From a virus (taxonomy: Duplodnaviria; Heunggongvirae; Uroviricota; Caudoviricetes), in IMG/VR virus record IMGVR_UViG_3300031949_000001, positions 1 to 64,000 of that record: a stretch of 64,000 nucleotides of DNA. One strand, given 5' to 3'. Made by a program: the position numbers and the translations under genes. The notes under the pieces were generated by a model, which worked only from the letters and a program-made list of their open reading frames with translations, had not been told where the DNA came from and searched no databases. Below, in pieces: positions 59,344-64,000 of this stretch. The stretch's first letter is position 1. Each line of letters begins with the position of its first letter.

Positions 59344-59598
59344 GTGTTCGGAAGTGATGTTTTTAATCTCTGTGATTCACAGGGGATGCCATTAGATTCA
59401 GTTCTAGATCGGCTAAAAGAAGATGAGAAGCTAGTAAGCTGGTGTGATTATTTCGAAGCTGGAGTTGATCATGGCTGGAAATGGGACCGAATCTTCAGCA
59501 TGATTGAATATTCTCTGGACGACATTTATGGAAGAGAGTATTCTGGAGAAGTGTTAAAGAGATTGAGGGTTTATATAAGAGGAAAATTAAATGTATGA
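59344..59598 (+). CDS. Small protein with AlaRS-like helical motif
   Basis: GSDVFNLCDSQGMPLD resembles the AlaRS GxxAFxLYDTYGFPxD motif. Confidence 0.5.
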   Translation: MFGSDVFNLCDSQGMPLDSVLDRLKEDEKLVSWCDYFEAGVDHGWKWDRIFSMIEYSLDDIYGREYSGEVLKRLRVYIRGKLNV

Positions 59599-59885
59599 AA
59601 TCATTTTTATGGGAGTTGTTTTTGTGATAGGATGTGTTTTTGTGTTTTACCCGCGACATCCGAAAGGCGATTCAAGACGTAATTTAGAGTTTTTAGTAAT
59701 TAATAGTTTCTTTAAGAGACCAAAAGCGGCTGAGAAAAATTTAGATAAATTTGTTCGACAAAGACTTGAACAAATTTTGAAAGATGAAACGGATTGAAGT
59801 TTTACGTGGTCAGGAGAGTAAACGGAGAATGGGCACCGAAAAGCCTTTGAAGCTTAGTAGGAGATACCTCACCCGCCACATTTTT

Positions 59886-59960
59886 GGGACCGTAGTTCAG
59901 TGGTAGAATGCTACAATGACACTGTAGAGGTCGAAAGTCCGATTCTTTCCGGTCCTACCA
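59886..59960 (+). tRNA. tRNA-Val(GAC)
   Basis: Loop ATGACAC; CCA. Confidence 0.88.
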
Positions 59961-60290
59961 ATTTGGAGAATAGTAATGATTTTAACGTTTAAGTGTAGAA
60001 ATTGTGGTTCGGATATAACCACAAAAGATTTCAAAGATAAAGTTGCAGAGGCTTGCGATTCTTGTGGTATTATTTGGGAAGCTAAACCAGATGGAACGGT
60101 TGAATTAGAACTGACGCAATTAGTTGGTGGTAAGTTCGGAGAAGATGGCGTGTGTGATAAGAGTTTACGCTGGAGTGTGTTTCCAGAAATACTACGGAAA
60201 GCTGTGTTGAAAGATGTGCGTGAAGAATTTTATGAAAAAGAAGTTCAGGTAATGGAAAAAGAAGATGCCTGGATGCGTAAGTAGTACAAT

Positions 60291-60367
60291 GGGAGTGTCG
60301 TATAACGGCTCATTACATTCGGCTCTTAACCGATAAAATTAGGGTTCAATTCCCTACGCTCCTACCA
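60291..60367 (+). tRNA. tRNA-Lys(CUU)
   Basis: Loop CTCTTAA; CCA. Confidence 0.85.
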
Positions 60368-60372
60368 AATTT

Positions 60373-60469
60373 GGGACAATAGTTCAAAAGTAGAACGGTA
60401 ATCTCGGCGTTCATAGACGTGTGATATTAGTCCAGACAGATACGGGTGAGAGTCCTGTTTGTTCCACCA
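60373..60469 (+). ncRNA. tRNA-like RNA with elongated anticodon arm
   Basis: GGGACAA/TTGTTCC-A-CCA; D arm GTTC/GAAC; long irregular arm tipped by CATA; T loop TGAGAGT. Confidence 0.65.
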
Positions 60470-60477
60470 AAGTTTAA

Positions 60478-60548
60478 CTCCTGTCTGATGGACAGCATTT
60501 AGGTTGCGAGCCTAAATTGGGTCGGTTCGATCCCGACACAGGGGTCCA
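60478..60548 (+). tRNA. Compact tRNA-Arg(GCG)
   Basis: 71 nt; 3-bp D stem with 5-nt loop; 6-bp anticodon stem; loop TTGCGAG; CCA. Confidence 0.65.
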
Positions 60549-60789
60549 ATTTTTAAGGAAAGACAATGAATAAAGTGAAAATAGTGAAAGGCGAAAATTG
60601 GATTTTTTTGAACAATAAAGACACTGGATATGTTTTTTGTGGTGTTGAGGATGAATTTCCATCAGGATTAATTTTGGATTTAGCTTGGGCGCTTAAAGAG
60701 GAGCTAAAGAATGATAGGAGATTTTCAGAAGACGAAAAAGAAGCAATCCTCGATGAAGTAGAAAAACATGCTAGCATGATTATAGAAAT

Positions 60790-60864
60790 GGCTTCTTAGC
60801 TCATCGGTAGAGCGTCGTCTTGATAAGGCGGGGGCGGAAGGTTCGATTCCTTCAGGAGCTACCA
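60790..60864 (+). tRNA. tRNA-Ile(GAU)
   Basis: Loop TTGATAA; CCA. Confidence 0.88.
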
Positions 60865-61113
60865 GTTAACGGAGAGAAACATGACAGAGGAACCTAGTAT
60901 TTTTATTGATATTGTTGCGGAACCTACAAAATCGATTGTTTTGAAAAAGAATGGACCGGATTGGTTTACTCTTTGGGTTTGGGATATTGATCCAACCAAA
61001 CCGACTTGCTGGTGCGAAGGCGATTCGTATCACTTCAACGCAGAAATGGTTCAAGAAATTCAAATCTCGAAAAAAGATTCGCTTGACAAGTTAGGTGTAA
61101 AGTAGTACATTAC

Positions 61114-61184
61114 GCCCCTACCAAGGGATGGAGGCAGAACTTCTAATTCAGCCGTTGCAGGTCCGAATCCTGCTGGGGGTGCCA
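61114..61184 (+). tRNA. Compact tRNA-Arg(UCU)
   Basis: 71 nt; same compact fold as 60478..60548; loop CTTCTAA; G73; CCA. Confidence 0.7.
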
Positions 61185-61641
61185 TTTTAAGGAGAGAAAA
61201 GATGTTTGTGAAACGATCCGTTACTTGGGAAGCTTTTGATAGAGATTGGTGTCCCACTTGTGTGAAGAAAGTTGTGATGAAACATATTCAGACAAACTTG
61301 CCGGGTATCGCTGCACAACAGTGTCCCGAATGTAAAACTGGTTATCAGGCAAACTACCTCGAAGACGGAGAGGATTTGTTGGATGTGCCCGAACATTTGA
61401 AATTCGAAGAGGTCTAAGGGAATATATGAGAACAAAGAAAACATATGCGTTAGATTTAGTGGATGATATTATTTCCGATTATTTTTACTATAACCGAAAA
61501 GACGATGATGTGTTGGGTCGAAATGATATGAAAGCGTTAATTGAAAGCGGCGAATTAACGGCTGATGAAATCGTTGAAAGGTTTCGTGAAGGTATTAATG
61601 ATGCTATGGCAAATTTCAATTTGCTGAAGTGAGAAGACTAA

Positions 61642-62088
61642 ATGAGTACTCTGGAATTTTGGGAAATTTTGGTTCCAACGACTCGTCCTGACGGGAGACC
61701 GATCAAGGTTCGTTACCACAAAGTTTGGGATAAAATGATCAATGGCATTGCCGGTGGTTGTACAGTGTTGAAACCAACCAAAGGCAAGTGGGTTGCTCCT
61801 GATGGGGCAATATTTGAAGAAAGAATGATTCCGATCAGGATCGGATGTACAAAAGAACAGATTGACATCATCATCGATTTGACCTTAGAATACTATGACC
61901 AGAAGGCGGTTATTGCATATAGAATCAGTAACGAAGTCATTCTGAGACATAGGAGCAGTCATGGTAAAGAGCGAATTGATCAAAAGATTGGAGCAGCTAA
62001 TAAAGCAGTGGAGAGAACCGACAGGTTGGATTGCACTGACGGGCTTGCACAACACCAGCAACGAGATGAAGGAATATCTCAGGGGTAA
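61642..62088 (+). CDS. Phage hypothetical protein
   Basis: WEILVP...ERMIPIRI...YYDQKAV. Confidence 0.7.
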   Translation: MSTLEFWEILVPTTRPDGRPIKVRYHKVWDKMINGIAGGCTVLKPTKGKWVAPDGAIFEERMIPIRIGCTKEQIDIIIDLTLEYYDQKAVIAYRISNEVILRHRSSHGKERIDQKIGAANKAVERTDRLDCTDGLAQHQQRDEGISQG

Positions 62089-62367
62089 GGAAGCGGCTGC
62101 TGAAGATTGTTCTAGAGATTTGCAGGATGTGATTGATGAAGCAAAAGACTGAACTCAGACTTTTGCAAGCGAATCTATGTGTCGATTTAGAAGGTAGAAA
62201 ATGAATAATAAATTACCAATTTTTTGTATCTTTTAATGCGAGACTACTTGCCAACTGGTGTGGTCTGTAGTATAATCGCCGAAGTTGAAAAAGTAAAAGG
62301 TGAGCCAGAGTTCACTAACAAAGAACTTGCTGAGATGGCTCAGCGATATAGTAAAGAGATAGACAAT

Positions 62368-62460
62368 TCCACGGTACTCTAATGGTAATGAGGACGCACT
62401 GTTAATGCGTTGCAATCCGTCTTGAACGGTATGGAGGTTCGAGTCCTCCCTGTGGAGCCA
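62368..62460 (+). tRNA. tRNA-Asn(GUU) with long variable arm
   Basis: U1:A72, G73, loop CTGTTAA; 22-nt variable region with CCGT/ACGG hairpin. Confidence 0.85.
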
Positions 62461-62464
62461 AAGC

Positions 62465-62555
62465 ACACTAAAGAGAGCATGGTTCAATTCCATGCCAATG
62501 ACCATAAGCCTACGGGTAGCTGGTAGGAAGCATATTGGTGGATGCGACTTAGTGT
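62465..62555 (+). ncRNA. Circularly permuted tRNA-like module
   Basis: ACACTAA/TTAGTGT closing stem; T arm CATGG-TTCAATT-CCATG precedes CCAATG-ACCA; partner strand CATATTGG and a D-like TGGATGCGAC follow. Confidence 0.5.
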
Positions 62556-63058
62556 AAGAATAATGCCGGAACACTACCGGTATGTAGGTATATGGATTCG
62601 GCGCCGAGATCTAAGTACTGAAAAACAAATTGTGGGCGGTTTCTGGTTCCCTCCCAGCCCAAAACCAGAACAATTTAATAAGGAGATACAATGAAAAACG
62701 TAGTTTATACTGAAAAAGAATGGATCAAAAGATGGAATGAGCTTGTTTTAAGTTCCAGTGAAATATTCTATCCAGCAGTAGTAGACGCCCCCGAAAAAAT
62801 GGAAGGTGCAATGTTCGTTGGAAATGTGGATCAAAAGACCAACATATTTGTTAAAAAATAGCATGAATGGAGAAGATAATGATATCAGGTAAAGAGTGGG
62901 ATGATGTAAACACGTTGTTATCTTTTTTGCGGTCTTCAAATGTTGTGAATCTTGTTGATGAATACTACAAGCAATACAACAACGAGGCTCCTGCCATGTT
63001 ACTATCTGATCAGATGGCGATAGTTCAGCGTGATTTGAATGCTGGAAGTAGAAATTAA

Positions 63059-63331
63059 ATGGAAGAAATTAAAGTAGGTGATGCGTTTTTGGATTGTTGT
63101 TACCGTCCAGTGAGATGCACAACGATTGATGAAGAAGAGATTGAAGGTATTTCAATACTCGATGGAACTGAATGTTCTTGCAGCATAGCATATTGTGTAG
63201 TCAGTAAGATTAACGAGGAAGAAGTTCTGGCAACAGTAGCAGCTTTCGAAAAGGATGGAGAACGAGGTTTGATGCGACTTCGTGGTTGGACCGAAGAAAG
63301 CATTGACAACTTTATGAAGGAATGGCGCTAA
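63059..63331 (+). CDS. Cys-rich hypothetical protein (paralog of the 2558..3088 C-domain)
   Basis: IKVGDAFLDC...GISILDG...SCSIAYC. Confidence 0.7.
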   Translation: MEEIKVGDAFLDCCYRPVRCTTIDEEEIEGISILDGTECSCSIAYCVVSKINEEEVLATVAAFEKDGERGLMRLRGWTEESIDNFMKEWR

Positions 63332-63633
63332 TGGCAACAATTAAACAACGTATTCCAAATTGGGCAGATATACCAGCGAAAACCTCAGAGTTTAACTCTT
63401 TGGAAGAATTGCTAAAAATAGATTTTGTGGAGCATTTCAAAGGTCTAAATAATTTTTATAGATATAGTATATCCAAAGAAGTTTATCAATTTCATAAATC
63501 ATCTTTCTTGATGTGTGAATTGGACGAAGGAAAAAAGTGGTGGGTGGTCGGTTTTCTTGATGATGCCGACGAATTGGTTTTGAAGCTTCCTAAATGGGAG
63601 CCAATTAACGAACAGGAGAGTAAAATGACATAG
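63331..63633 (+). CDS. Hypothetical protein
   Basis: Operon context; start re-called. Confidence 0.6.
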   Translation: MATIKQRIPNWADIPAKTSEFNSLEELLKIDFVEHFKGLNNFYRYSISKEVYQFHKSSFLMCELDEGKKWWVVGFLDDADELVLKLPKWEPINEQESKMT

Positions 63634-64000
63634 GTACCAGAGCAATTTGAAGACGCAATTATCGTGATTCACTACAACAAGGCTCATAATCAGGATCAAA
63701 ACATCCCGCCTTGGGTGGTGAAAGTGAAAGGTGAAAGCTACTATGTGTGGCACTTCACTGTGGAACCGGGAGTTGGATTTTCGTCTAAGGAAACACCGGC
63801 TAATCCCCACACTAAAGCATCTCTCAAATTTAAAGGGAATCTACGCTTTGAAGAAAATGAAGGTAAGTTAGAGGCGGTGATTTATGATGGGAAAACTGAA
63901 GGAAATCATCCTTCATGGTTGAATAAGGAAAAGAAATGACATTAGATAATGTAATGTGGATTGTATCGGCTTTGTACATAGGCGGATTGGTATTAATGCT

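Noticed and set aside
1-64000. Stop-codon reassignment suggested by the UUA-loop tRNA
   Set aside because: Recognisable genes are full length under code 11 and end in TAA, TAG or TGA
63981-64000. Possible start of another tRNA
   Set aside because: Truncated by the window end and cannot be verified

Overview
This is a 64-kb segment of a large (jumbo-type) tailed phage genome. Evidence: dense small hypothetical ORFs, a gp55-like late-sigma fragment, (T/A/G)ATAAATA late promoters, sigma70 early promoters and about 30 tRNA or tRNA-like genes. The host is probably a proteobacterium (inference from PBP7-like and FmdB-like genes and E. coli-type promoters). Layout: (1) 1-4.8 kb, tandem paralog families of small Cys/His proteins; (2) 4.8-6.1 kb, an AT-rich, mostly noncoding repeat region with a MraZ-operator-like GTGGG array; (3) about 6-27 kb, a more GC-rich early region with many bidirectional sigma70 promoters, small ORFs, seven co-oriented GRGAGGUAU elements (six behind their own promoter), a ~340-nt structured RNA and odd tRNAs; (4) a sharp junction at about 26.9 kb with tandem repeats; (5) 27-64 kb, AT-rich and mostly on the + strand, with accessory enzymes (PBP7, NUDIX, metallophosphoesterase, DEDDh exonuclease, dCMP deaminase, thioredoxin, ornithine decarboxylase, P-loop kinase, TraR/DksA), a 1056-aa nested-repeat protein, a GIY-YIG homing endonuclease and tRNA clusters. 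The most unusual content is the RNA. It includes four tRNA bodies with expanded or branched anticodon arms, Thr/Ile/Asn tRNAs with long variable arms, a Ser-identity tRNA with a Leu (AAG) anticodon, and two Arg tRNAs sharing a compact tRNA-Pyl-like fold. It also includes a circularly permuted tRNA-like module, several multi-stem ncRNA candidates, and a repeated promoter/short ORF/terminator/boxA leader ahead of the tRNA clusters. All calls were made by eye from the sequence; no database searches were run.
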